From Pelagomonas calceolata (Eukaryota), in assembly GCA_918797485.1 (NCBI GenBank), contig CAKKNE010000005.1, positions 4,836,001 through 4,900,000 on the forward strand: 64,000 bases of DNA. Direction: 5' to 3'. Within the stretch, counting starts at the first letter, position 1. Every line of letters begins with the position of its first letter. Below are positions 19,040 to 30,667 of the stretch, piece by piece. Made by a program: the position numbers and the translations under genes. The notes beneath the pieces are model-generated. The model worked only from the letters and a program-made list of their open reading frames with translations. It searched no databases and had not been told where the DNA came from.

Positions 19040-21612
19040 TTAAGCGTTCAAAAGCCCGTTCCACCACGCCTTGACTGCCGTGATGAAGACGAAGCCGAGG
19101 ACGCAGAGCATGAATAGGAGGAAGAGATAGGGGTCTGGCAGGCATACGCCGAGCCACCTCATGCGTCCCCGGAGGGGCGCCGCGGTGAGGGCCACGAGCG
19201 TCCCGGCGACCATCGCGAGCATCCCGCCGCCGTAGCTCTGGACGCAGCCCGACGCGCACGGGGTCGCGACGGTCGCCCACGGGCCGTCATCCCACCTCGA
19301 CGTGGCGATCTCCAGCAGCGCCCCGTACGCGCCGGCCCCGGAGACCGCGGCCGCGCCCGAGACGAAGAGGGCGCATCCCACGAGCGCCGTCTGCCGGCGC
19401 CACGAGGCCGTGCAGGACCCGACGATCCCGCCGAGGCGCCGCTTCGAAACGATGTAGTCGAGCTCGTAGGCCGCCGCGAACGCCACGAGGCCCGCGAAGA
19501 ACGCCATCGCGCGCGCCTGCACGGAGGCGTCGTAGATGCGCTGGCACGACGCGGCCTGAGCGGCATCATCGCCGCAGTGCGCCTTGATCTCGTACGTGGT
19601 CGAGGCCGCGTCGCTCGCATCCCTGCAAGGCTTGTCGAGGGTGCCGCAGTCCACGTCGAATTCGATGTAGCCCCGCCAGAGGTCGAGGCTCACCGTCATG
19701 ACCTGTGTGGAAATCAAAATTCACGGCGCGTCCGTGCCAAATCTTCGCGTCGACCTCCACGCCATCGACGCGACAACTGCTCGATGGCGTGGCGATGCCG
19801 GTTCCGCACCGCTCGACGGAACTAGCGCGGCCACGTCACCCGACACACTGGTTGATTTCCACACAGGTCATGACCGCGGGCACCCAAGAGCCGAAAAGGG
19901 CGCCAGCAGTGGACTCACCGAGGTCGTAGTCGGTCTTGGACCAGTGGCCTCGCGTGCAGAGCGCGAGGATCTGGAGGACGCCGGCGATGGTCCCCATGTA
20001 AATCGCGAGCATCAGGCGCTTCCCGGCGGCCTCCGAGATGCCGTCGCTCGGGGGTGCTTCCGTCGGCGCCGCGGGGCTCTCCTCCACGTCGGGTTCGCCG
20101 ACGAGGGCGCGCCGCCACGCCCGCAGCGCGCCGAGTTCCACCCTCAGATCCGCCGGGCCGCGCTCGACGAGGCGCTCGCGAATCTTGCGCGCGACGTCCG
20201 CGCGCTCCAGCGCGAACTCTTCGCCGACGCGCAGCGCCTGGAGCTCCGCGAGCAGCGCCCCGTCCCGGCCTCCGAATCGGGCGGTCCCCTCGAGCGCGGC
20301 CTCGACGCGGAGAAGGAGCGCCCCCTCGGCCTCGCGCAGCTGCCGGAGGTCGCCCTTGACCTGTGTGGAAATCAAATTTCGGCTCGATGGCGTCGTCGGC
20401 TCGACGGCGTGATGACCTAACTCACTGGTTGATTCCCGCACAGCCCTTGACGTAGGTCCCGTCCAGGAAGGGTCCCGCCGCGTAGGTCCCGTCGGCCTCC
20501 TCGCGCGCCTTCGCCTCGGCGGCCTCGCGCGCCCGCCGCGCCTCGGCCTCGACCTCGCGGGCCCGCGCCTCGGCCTCGGCCTTCTTGGCCGCGAGCGCTT
20601 TTTTCTCCGCCGCGTGTTCCGCAGCGAGCGCGCGCTGCTTCTCCGCGAGCTCGCGCCGCTCCCGCGCGTGCTCCTCCTCGAGCGCGCGCTGCTCCGCCTC
20701 GAGCCGGGCCTTCTCTTCGGCCGCGCGGCGCCGGGCGGCCTCCTCGCGCTGCAACCATTCGAGACCCTCGCACAAGCCGTCGCCGTTCGTCGCGCAGCAC
20801 GCCTGGACGTGCCACGGGCGGCCGAAGAATTTGCGACCGTTCAGGCCCAGCTTCTCCTCCAGCTCCCGGGGGTACAGCGCCGTCGGCACGTCCTGCTTGT
20901 TCGCGAAGACCAAGAGGACGGCCTCCCGCAGCCGCTTGTCCTTGCAAAGGCGGTGCAGCTCGTCCCGCGCCTGCTGCAGCCGGTCCGCGTCGGTGGAATC
21001 GACGACGAAGACGAGGCCCCGCACGTCTCCGACGTTGTTGTGCCGGAGGAGATCGTTAAAGGGATGGCCGAGGTCGCACGCCGTGAAGTTCCAGCCCGTG
21101 AGCTCGACCACCTCGAGAACGTGATGCGTGACCACCTCGCCCAGCTTGAGCTGGTGGAGGGCCGTCGTCTTGCCGGCGCCGGCGAGGCCGACCAAGAGGA
21201 CGGTCTTCGTCTTCGCCTCGGCGGCCCGGGCCTCCCGGGCCGCCTCGGCCTCGCGCGCGCGGCGCTGGGCGGCCTTCTGGAGCTCCTGGGCGCGCCGCGC
21301 ATCCTCGCGCGCGCGAGTCGCGGCGGCGAGCTCCTCGGCCGCGCGGCGCTCGGACGCTTCTTTCTCGCGCGCCTCCGCTGCCTCCTCCTCCGCGAGCTGC
21401 GCCTGCATCTTCGCGATGCGTTGCCTGAGCGCAGCCACTTCGTCCTCCTCGCCGACCGGTTCAGCCACGACCGCCTCGGGACCGGTTCCGCGCCAGGACG
21501 CCAGCCTCGTGAGCAGCGAAGGGCGCGCCGCGTCGGGGTAGTAGTCCGTGACGCCATGCCGCGTGGTATACACGTAGCCGGGGCGGCTGCCCGTGTACGC
21601 GCTACCGCCCAT
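19040..21612 (-). CDS. Coiled-coil protein with degenerate Arf GTPase domain and C-terminal multi-pass membrane domain; exons 21612-20452, 20360-19875, 19702-19040
   Basis: GLAGAGKTT, LVFVVDSTDADR, FANKQD, QACCATNGDGLCEGLEWL; removing two introners joins three ORFs in frame. Confidence 0.8.
19703..19866. mobile_element. Introner element; intron 19874-19703 (minus, GT)
   Basis: TIRs present; perfect palindromic TSD gtcatgac. Confidence 0.95.
20361..20443. mobile_element. Introner element (short); intron 20451-20361 (minus, GT)
   Basis: TIRs present; perfect TSD cccttgac. Confidence 0.95.
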
Positions 21613-21972
21613 TTGTCACTCGTGTGGGGCAGCTTGTTGGGCAGCACGGGGGTCCTGTGGACGCACGCAAGTCCGCCGGACGCGAGGTGCAGGACGGCAG
21701 CAATGACCACCGATAGACGCAGCTGGACCTTGCCGGAACTCGGCTCGCGCGCCGGGCAATCTAGACTCTGCAGACTTTGGATGGAAGGAAGTTGAAGGAC
21801 CCCGCACGGATTTAAGCGAAGGACTCGCGCGAGCACGTCGGAGAGACCCCTCGAGGCACGCTTCGCGGCCGCCGCGCGAGCTGCGCGGCGCCTCGCTTCC
21901 AAGGATCCAGAAAAGCAGGGCAGCCTGTCGCGAACGCGTGCGCCGGCCCCGTGGACGCCAAAGCCGGTAACC

Positions 21973-23171
21973 ATGGCGATGCCTGTCGCGCACGTGATTC
22001 CCCCTTCGCTGCGGGCCTTCGGCATCGACGAGGTCCAGCCCCAGCAAAAGCTAGACCCCAACAAATATGAGGTGCCGCGCGGCGTCGACCGTCGGGACGC
22101 CTTCGACGCGACGGCGGCTGCTCGTCGAGCGTCGGGACGCCTTCGACGCGACGGCGGCTGCTCGTTGACGGTCGGGATGCCTTCGATGCGACGGCTCGTC
22201 GACCGTCGGGACGCCTTCGACGCGACGGCGGCTGCCCAATCGACCCGCGCAGGTGCTCGGCCAGGACATGCAGGTGCTGCGTATCCACTTGAATCGGGGC
22301 GAAAAGGCCCTGGCGGAGCCCGGGGCCATGGTCTACATGTCGGAGAACGTCGAGGCCGGCTGCGACTCGGCCAAGTGGTGGCCGCGCTGCATGGGCTGCG
22401 AGCCCTGCTGCTTCGCGACGTTCGAGGCGAAAGGCGACGGCGCCTACGTCGGGTTGACGCCGAACCGGCCGGCGAAGGTCCTGCCCCTCGTGTTGGGGGG
22501 GCGGCGCTTCCTCGGCAAGAAGGGCATGTACTTCGCGTCGACGGGGCACGTGGACGTGGACTTCAACATGGATCTGAACCCCGTGACCTGCTGCTGCGGC
22601 GGCCAAGGCATGATCCGCCAGGTCCTGAAGGGCGACGGCATCGCCTTCATCGGCGCCATGGGCGTGCTCACGCACAAGGTGCTGGCGCCGGGCGAGAAGC
22701 TGATCGTGGACACCTGCGTGGAAACCAAAATTTACGGCGCGTTCTCTCGACCTCCACGCCATCGGCGCGACGCCTGCCCGATGGCGTGGCGATGCCGGTT
22801 CTTCAACGCTCGACCGAGCCAGGACGGCCGCGTCATCGCCGAGAAATGACTTAGTGAAGAGTTGTCGGGTGCACCCGACGCACTTGTTGATTTCCACACA
22901 GGTGGACACGAACAGCGTCGTCGCCTGGGAAGAGACCGTGGAGTACGGCGTCAAGAAGAACTCGGGCGGCCTGTGCATGTGCTGCTGCGGCGGCGAAGGC
23001 TTCTTCTCGACGCAGCTCACGGGGCCCGGCGAGGTCTACGTCCAGAGCTATAGCCACGCGAAGTTCAAGCAGTACGCGGTCGACTGGTACCTGGGCGCGC
23101 ACCCCATGACGCGCCAGGGCGGCGCCGCGTTCGGGGGCGCGGCGCCCGCGGCGGAGATGGACCGGTCCTAA
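21973..23171 (+). CDS. AIM24/DUF124 family protein, Cys-rich; exons 21973-22071, 22253-22705, 22902-23171
   Basis: GQDMQVL..AEPGAMVYMS, VDTNSVVAW, CCGGEGFF..LTGPGEVYVQS. Confidence 0.88.
22072..22252 (+). other. GT-AG intron with internal tandem repeats of acgccttcgacgcgacggcggctgc
   Basis: Restores frame KYE|VLGQDMQ; imperfect terminal inverted repeat; GTG repeated at both junctions. Confidence 0.8.
22714..22901. mobile_element. Introner element (long subfamily); intron 22706-22901 (plus, GT)
   Basis: TIRs present; perfect TSD gtggacac. Confidence 0.95.
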
Positions 23172-23187
23172 AATTCATCCAATTAAA

Positions 23188-24267
23188 CTAGCGCGCCATC
23201 TCCGCCGCCTCGGGCCCGCCGCCCCCGCCGTCCTGCGGCTCGGACTCCTTGGTGATCGTGACGAGCTGCGACATGAGCTTGTCGACGGAGATGGACTGGA
23301 GGTAGACGTGGCCGGGGCCCGTGAGCACGGTGTTGAAGCAACCCTCGCCACCGCAACAGACTGTGACGATGTCGCCCGTTTTTTTGACGTCGAACTGCAC
23401 CGACTGCTCGAAGCCGACGATGACGTCCGAGTCGACCTGGATGGCCTCGCCGGCCTGCAGCTGCCGGCTGACGACCGTGCCCGCCGCGCTCAGGAACGCG
23501 ACGCCGGACGGCGGGCCCTTGACGACCTGGATCACGGGCGGCAGGCCGCCGCAGCAGCACGCGAGCATGTTCTTGGCCGGCAGGCGCTTCGCCGACGCGT
23601 GGACGTCCGTCGTGCCCGCCATGTAGGCGCCGCGCTTCACGTTCAGGGCTCCGCCCGGCACGGCGCCCAGCTGCACGGGCACGACCGTCGAGAAGGGCTG
23701 GTTCGCCGTGAAGCCCACGTGGCCGACGCCGGGGCCGTTGTTCCGGTAGTCGACCGTCACGAGCGCCTCGCCGGACACGACCTGGGAGAAGGCCCCCTTG
23801 AGGCCCCGCCCGCCGCCCGTCTTTGCGCTCATTTCCACATTATCCGACATGAAGACCATCGCGCCGGGCTCCGACTTGACGACCTCGCCGGGCTGCAGCG
23901 TCTTGGCCACGATGCCGTACTTGTCCCCGAAGAGGTCCCAGCCGGAGGGCATGTGCTGCTGGCCGAGGCACTGGAAGCCGGAGACGCCGCTCACGTCGCC
24001 CGTCGCCTCGATGGCCACGACCGTCCCGACCGGCGGCGCCGGCGGCTGCGCCTGCCGCGGGCTGCCGCCGAACCAGCTCGACTTCCGCTCGACGGGCGGC
24101 GCGACCGCTTGCACGGGCCGGGGCGTGGCCCCGGGGTCCGGCACGACGAGGACCGCGCCGGGCGGCGCGTTCGGCGGGATCTCGATGCTGCAGTCCGTGC
24201 CCGAGGGCATGCGGACGAGCATGTGGCTGCCCGGGGCGGCGCCCTCGGGCACCACGACCTGGACCAT
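23188..24267 (-). CDS. AIM24/DUF124 family protein, intronless
   Basis: SEPGAMVFMS, SGEAL, CCGGEGCFNTVLTGPGHVYLQS; N-terminal VVVPEGAAPG repeat. Confidence 0.9.
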   Translation of the reverse strand: MVQVVVPEGAAPGSHMLVRMPSGTDCSIEIPPNAPPGAVLVVPDPGATPRPVQAVAPPVERKSSWFGGSPRQAQPPAPPVGTVVAIEATGDVSGVSGFQCLGQQHMPSGWDLFGDKYGIVAKTLQPGEVVKSEPGAMVFMSDNVEMSAKTGGGRGLKGAFSQVVSGEALVTVDYRNNGPGVGHVGFTANQPFSTVVPVQLGAVPGGALNVKRGAYMAGTTDVHASAKRLPAKNMLACCCGGLPPVIQVVKGPPSGVAFLSAAGTVVSRQLQAGEAIQVDSDVIVGFEQSVQFDVKKTGDIVTVCCGGEGCFNTVLTGPGHVYLQSISVDKLMSQLVTITKESEPQDGGGGGPEAAEMAR

Positions 24268-24542
24268 CCTTCACGCGGCGCGCGGCGCAGAGGCTGCCGA
24301 CTGCCGATCTGCCGCGGCGAGTGGCGGCGCGGGACGACGAGCGAGGTCGCGTGTGCGGTGGCGCGCGCGTCGTGGTCGGCGCGTGGCGGAAGTGCCTCCT
24401 TTGGCGCCGCGGCACGCGAGGCTCGAGGCTGCCCTTCCCCAAGATCTGCGAGGCAAAACAGAAAACGCGGTCACGTGCCGGCGGATTGCACGGCGCGGTC
24501 GCGTCCGCGCTGCCCCGGGAAGCCCACGAGGAGCCCTCGGCA

Positions 24543-24694
24543 CCCTTAAGCAGCTGCCGCCGTTGCGCGCGCTGCCGCCTCGCTCCGTGCCGGCGGATTT
24601 CGCGGCCATTCGCGTCCGCTGCCCCGTGGAGCCCACGCGGCCCTTAAGCAGCTGCCCGCCGCCGTTGCGCGCGCTGCTGCCTCCGCGCTCCCGC
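24543..24694. repeat. Imperfect ~50-bp direct repeat in the AIM24 divergent intergenic region
   Basis: cccttaagcagctgcc..gccgttgcgcgcgctgc at 24543 and 24641. Confidence 0.75.
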
Positions 24695-24701
24695 CGATAA
24701 C

Positions 24702-25987
24702 ATGGGCTACGCCGACCTCATCGCGCGCGAGCGCATGCCCGACCGGATGGTCGACGTCGAGCTGGCCCACAGCCAGTCCCAGAAGGGCATGGGCCTCGGC
24801 TTCTACCGCGCCGGCGCGGGCAACGACGCCGGCCGCGGCAAGTGGGACATCGTCGGCGAGCACATGCAGATCCTGAGCGTGGCGCTCGCGCCCGGCGAGC
24901 AGCTGGAGTCGGAGCCGGGGGGCATGATGTACATGTCCGACGGCGTCAAGGCCGAGGCGGACTTTTCGTGCCCGGGGGCCTGCGTCCGCTGCAGCGCATA
25001 AATCAAATGGTCGCGGCGCGTCTCCGCCACTGCTGGATCATGACCTCCACGCCATCGACGCGACGCCAGCTCGATGGCGTGGCGGTGTGGTCGTTTACCG
25101 CTCGTTCCAGCCAGCACGGCCGCTTTCTCGCCGAGAAAGGACTTAGTGAAGAGTTATTGTGCACCCGGCTCACTGTTTGATTTGCGCACAGGTCCGCTGC
25201 CTCGGGGGCGAGAAGTGCGTGCTGATGCACTACAAGAACGCGGGAGGGAAACCGGGCTTCGTGGGTATCACGCCGGCCCGGCCGGCCGACATTGTGGCCC
25301 TGGACTGTGTGGAAATCAGCCAGTGCGACGGGTGCACCCGGCAATTCTTCGCTAAGTCATTTCTCGGCGATGACGCGGCGGTCCTGGCTCTGTCGAGCGG
25401 TGAGGAACCGGCATCACCACGCCATCGAGCAGGCGTCGCGTCGATGGCGTGGAGGACGACGCAACGATTCAGCGCGAACGCGCCGTAAAATTTTGATTTC
25501 CACACAGGCCCTGGATCTCGCCACCTACGGCAACAAGATTTCCGCCCGGTCGGGCGCGTACCTCACGTCCATCGACGGGGCCACGCCGGGCTGCGAGCCC
25601 GAGCTCAATCCCCTGCTCTGCTGCTGCGCGGGCTTCGGCTGCATACGCCAGGTCATCGAGGGGACGGGCACCGCCTTCGTCGAGGCCTCGGGGACCGTGG
25701 AACGGAAAGCGCTCAAGGCGGGCGAAAAGCTCGTGCTGGACTCCGCTTCGCTCGTCGCGTACAGCGACGCCGAGCTCGGCGTGCAGATGGTGCCCACGTG
25801 GTACGCCTGCTGCTTCAACGGCGAGGGCATGTGCTACACGACGCTGACGGGCCCGGGCACGGCGTGGGTCCAGTCGATGCCCTGGGCGCGGTTCAAGAAG
25901 CACATGAGCGTCACAATCCAGCTGGACAAGGACGGCAACGTGAAGAACGTGGGCGGGCCCCCGGCGGCGGAGATGGCGCGTAATTAG
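24702..25987 (+). CDS. AIM24/DUF124 family protein; exons 24702-24983, 25192-25296, 25508-25987
   Basis: GEHMQIL..ESEPGGMMYMS, CCFNGEGM..LTGPGTAWVQSMP; two introners removed in frame. Confidence 0.88.
24992..25191. mobile_element. Introner element (long, variant TIR); intron 24984-25191 (plus, GT)
   Basis: cagcgcataaatcaa / ttgatttgcgcacag; perfect TSD gtccgctg. Confidence 0.92.
25305..25507. mobile_element. Introner element (long, opposite orientation); intron 25297-25507 (plus, GC donor)
   Basis: TIRs present; perfect TSD gccctgga. Confidence 0.95.
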
Positions 25988-26240
25988 TTTCCCTATGATT
26001 TATTATCGGTCCCGGGTCCACGAACGGAATGGCCGGCGCGGTCGGCGGTCGCGCGGCCGCGTCGGGACGGCCGGCTGCTGTGCAGCCCTCGCGGCCTCGC
26101 CTAGGTAATTTTATGGGAAAATATTAGACGTGCGAGAGAAGTGGGCCCTGGCAGCTGCTCTCGAAAATGGGGACTTTGAGTGGCAAGGGGGGCGCGCCGG
26201 GTCGGATAATCTTGTACGAGAGACCAGCGCGCGAGTAACT

Positions 26241-29200
26241 TCAGAGGCCGCCGCAGCCCATCGTGCCGCACGCGATGTCGTCCGAGTCGACGATCACGTC
26301 GTCGGTGCCGCCGAATAGCGACGGCTGGTCCGTCGCGTCCGCCGACGCGCCCTTGACGCGCTCGAGGAACGCGGCCGCGGCGTCGTCGTGGCGCTCGAGC
26401 CACGCGTTCACGGCCTCGAGCCGCGCCTCGACGTCCGTGTCCTTGTCGATCGGCGGCCCCGGCAGGGCGTCCCGATAAACCGGATGGTCTTCGGGTGGCA
26501 GCACCTGTGTGAAAATCAAAATTTTACGGCGCGTTCGTGCTGAATCATCGCGTCGACCTCCACGCCATCGACGCGACGCCTGCTCGATGGCGTGGCGATG
26601 CCGGTTCCTCGCCGCTCGACCGAGCCAGGACGGCCACGTCATCGCCGAGAAATGACTTAGTGAAGAATTGTCAGGTGCACCCGACACACTGGTTGATTTC
26701 CACACAGGGCAGCACCTCCGGCGCCTCGAAAAAGCGGTCGCGGTCGGCGAGGTGGGCCAGGGCATCACGCACCGTCTCCGCGTCGCGTCCGCGGTCGACC
26801 GCCGCCGCGCCCTGCAGCGGCATCCGCCCGCGCGACAGGCCGTGAAGGTTCCGCTTGGCGTAGCGCCGCCGGGCGATGTCCCGGTAGCGCTTCCACATGA
26901 GGAAGATGGGTATGCCGCCGAGCGCGGGATACCACCCCTTGCTGGTGCTGTTGAAGCAAATAATGCCAAGCTGGACGACCAGCGCGATGAAGAGCGCGGC
27001 GTGGGTCTGCGCGACGCCGTCGAACCAGAGCGAGCCGCGCGTGTCGAAGGGCATGGACTCGAGGCAGCAGAGCGCGTGCTTGCCGGCCTCGTACGCGGCC
27101 ACGAAGTAGAGGTAGCAGACGGCGCACGTGAACGGCGACACGGCCGCGTACGACGCGCCCACGAGCAGCGCGAACGCCTCCCAGCCGGCCGGCGCGCCCA
27201 CGTCGGCGTCGTCCGGCTCGAGTGACTCTTCGACGGACGCGTCCGAGGCGACCTTGGCCCGCTTTAGGAGCTTGTACTTGATGTACGGGACTACCCTGAG
27301 AGCGTCGGCCACCATGTCGCCGATCTGCATGAGGAAAATCGAGGCGAACGGCCACGCGTGGCGGGGCACCGCGCGCGCCATCAGCTTGAGCGCGATGCCG
27401 GGGTTGAACTTCTCGCCGCCTTCGAGGTCGTAGGCCTCGTCGGTGTCCTCGTCCTCCGCGGTGTCGCACGCGCCCTCGCAGACCCAGGCCTCGTTCGTGA
27501 TGTCGGCCCAGGTGACGGAGAGCAAATACGCGCCGAACGCGACGATCCAGAAGAAGATCGAGTAGTCCCGCGCGACGGACCCCTGGAGCTTCGACTCGCT
27601 CCACAAACTGTTGAACATGCGGTTCGTGTTGTACAAGATGACGGCCACGTAGTCGAAGAGCCAGTCCTGGAAGTAGGCCGGCACGAAGCCGGCGATCAGG
27701 TCCCAGAGCAGCGCGTTGTCCGTGGGCTCGCCGTCGTCGTCGGTGGCGTACTTCTCGCAGAGCGCCTCGAAGTTGACGGCGAAGATCTGTGCGCAAATGA
27801 ACCAGTGACTCGGGCGGTCCCAGGGAACCGCACCTCCACGCCGTCGAGTAAGCGTCGCGAAATATTGATTCGCGCACCGGCAACCACCGCGACGATCGCC
27901 GAGTAGCCGAACCAGACGCCCAGCTTGATGAGCCGACCGGCGTTCATCCGGTCCGCCTTCTCGCCGTGCTCCTCGTCGAGCGTCTCGAGCTCGCCCCAAT
28001 CTATGTCTCTCGGCTCCGGGAGGGGCGTCACCTCCATTGGCGGAGGCTTCCGCTTGGTCCAGCCGCAGCCCTGCACGCCCGTTAGGTAATAGCCGGCCGT
28101 CTCCAGCGCGACGACCAAGCGGCCGCGCTGTTCCTGCTTCCGGTGCGGCTTGTCCTCGCGGTACGTCGGCCCCTTGTGAGCCGCGTCCGCGGCGTCCGAC
28201 GCCCCCAGCGGGCAGTTCGCGGCGGCCTGGGCGATCTCGAGGCTCGAGAAGACGACGATCGCCGACCCGCCGTTCGGAGACGCCTCGGCCGCGTGGTCCG
28301 CGACGGCCTTGCGCGCCTCCTCGCAGCGGCGCCGCGCGTCCGCGGGCGACGCCGCCTCGTCCTGGATCCGGTGCTCGACGAACGAGCAGCAGCAGATGCA
28401 GCCGTCGATGCACTTGGCGCAGCTCCGCTGGCACTTCTCCATCTTCTTCTCCTCGCTTTCCCAGCGCTCGTACAGCGCCTGCCGCCACTCGGCCCGCTCG
28501 ACCTCCTTGAGGGCCTCGCGGAACGCCTGGACGCGGCCGCGCGCGCCGCCGTCGCCGCCGAATAAGTCGGCCAGCCGGTCCTTCACCGACTCCTGCCGCG
28601 CCTCGGCCGCCGCGACGGTCCGCGTCGACGCGCCGGCGGCCTTGAGCTCCGCGACGCGCGCGGCGGCCGCGTCGGCGCCCGCGGCCGCCCCCCCCTCCAC
28701 GTCCTTCACCGCGCGCGCGGCCTCGCTCAGGTGGCGACACGGCACGACGCGGACGACGCTTCCCTGCGCCGCGAAGACGCCCTCGAAGAACGCCTCGAGC
28801 GCGGCCGGGGCGCGCAGGTCCGCGCGCAGGCCCGTCATCGCGACGGCGTAGTGGTGCGGCGGCGCGTCCTCCGCCGCGGCGCGGATGGTGTCCGTGGCCT
28901 CCTCGTCGTGCGCGTCGATGATCCGATACGCGGCCCAGTGGCCGAGGTACAGCGCCAGCACCGCGATCCAGAGCTGCCACGTCGCCGTGTTGCCCTCGCT
29001 GCACATGACGTTCTCGAGCGAGATGCGGTCGAACCCCGGCGACCGGGCCCGGCCCCAGCCCGCGCTTTTGACCTTGACCTCGCAGACGGGCTCGCATTCT
29101 TTTCCTTCGCTTATCAGCCCCTCACATTTAGCGCTTATACTTGATGAGCCACACCCCGTGCCACATGCGGGCACCGATAGTCCTGTAGCATATCCCCCCC

Positions 29201-30284
29201 CTTGACTGACATAGATCGTGCCCATGCTTCCCCAATTATTCGGTTCATAGTCGATACCCAGCATATCACAACAAAGCTCATAGGTGATTTCCGACGGATT
29301 GTGGAAATGGGCTTCCGACCCCGTCCAACAATATTGTTCCCCTTCGCCGCAAACCTCCATCGCCGAATCCCATCCAGAGCTAGGGTGGTTTTGCCATTCG
29401 CAGCACGGGTTCACGCCCGTGCAGTCGGGTGCTTCCTCCACTACCGTTCGTTCTGGGAACCACCCGCATCTCTTCGGGTCCAGCGCGTAGACGCACGCAA
29501 GCGGCACGGCCAGCAACGCCCAGACCTCCAGACACGCGAGCCGCATCCGGATCCGCCGCACGTGCAGCTCCGCGTCGACGCCGCCCCGCGCGCGCGCGCT
29601 CGCCGCGTCCAGCTCGAAGGTCTCGTGCGTCCACGCGCGCAAGCTCGTCGCCGTGCCGACCTTTCCCTCCGGGTCCGCCGGCGCGACGACGGCGCCCGCG
29701 CCCGCGCCGGCGACGTAGCGCGCGAAGAGCAGCGCCATGACGCCCGACTTGAGCGTCACCTCGAAGACGACCGCCGCGAAGCCGACGACGTCCTCCGGCA
29801 GCTCCTCCTCGTAGACGACGAGCCAGACGACGAGCCACACGCAGAGGCTCACGAGGGCGAGGGCCGCGAGGTGCAGCTTGAGCTGCGCCCGCCAGGTGCC
29901 CTTCTTGCGCGTGCCCGCCCGCTCGGCCTTCAGGTCGCGGCGGACCGAGAACGCGATGGCCCCGAGCGCCAGCGCGAAGGCCAGCGCGGCGCCGAGGACG
30001 AGCCAGAGCCACGCGTCGCCGTCGCCGCCGTCGCCGCCGTCGCCGTCGCCGGCGCCGCCGTCGCCAGACTCCGCCGCCTCGTACCACTCGCAGATATTCG
30101 GAATGCCGTTGTGTTTTGCCCCTGCGCACTCTTCTTGCGTCGTGTGCTCGGTGCACGAAGTTCTGGTTATAGGTGTTTGAAAGTCGCCTGTGACTTCGTT
30201 TGCACATCTCGTAAGACTGTATGGATTCTTGCAATCACAACCGGGATACGGGTGCTCGTTTTTTGATGGCGCGGGCGTCGCCAT
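26241..30284 (-). CDS. OSCA/CSC1/TMEM63-like mechanosensitive channel with Cys-rich insertions; exons 30284-27888, 27786-26716, 26504-26241
   Basis: HHYAVAMTGL, AIVVFSS, PEPRDIDW, FDTRGSLW; multiple TM helices. Confidence 0.78.
26505..26707. mobile_element. Introner element (long); intron 26715-26505 (minus, GT)
   Basis: TIRs present; perfect TSD ggcagcac. Confidence 0.95.
27787..27879. mobile_element. Diverged introner; intron 27887-27787 (minus, GT)
   Basis: ctgtgcgcaaatgaa / ttgattcgcgcaccg; TSD decayed; GT exactly 8 nt outside the TIR; frame YSAIVA|IFAVNF. Confidence 0.8.
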
Positions 30285-30667
30285 TGTGGTCCGGCTCTTT
30301 GGCGCGCGGTCGGCGCTGCCCCGTCGCCCTGTTTCTCTCGGCCCCTGCTCCCGCGCGAGGAGGAGGCAGGCGCTGGTCCGCTGGTCCCCTCCACGCCGCG
30401 GCGATTCTGGGGCCTGGGCAGCTTCCGCTGCCCCGGGCCGGGCGGGGACACATAAGTGCTTCAAATGCGAATCTTTCTCGCCGCAGTCGTCCGCGACGGG
30501 CCGTCGTCACGGCGACGGCGTGCGCGGGGTTTCGCAGGCATGGGGGGGTACGTACCAAGGTAGGTATCACGTTTCTGCTCTCCTCGCGCTGGGGGCAGCC
30601 AGCGCTCTACGACAGCGACCAAAAAACGTGCCAGCGGCGCGGCGGTTAGCAGGAGGACCGCAGCAAA

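Noticed and set aside
19698..20441. Recurring peptides CVEINQ, HWLISTQ, HAIDATPARWRG in many ORFs, suggesting a repeated protein domain
   Set aside because: They are translations of the introner TIRs and core, which splicing removes.
22085..22240. Short repeats resembling a CRISPR array
   Set aside because: No unique spacers and no cas genes; the repeats lie inside a eukaryotic intron.
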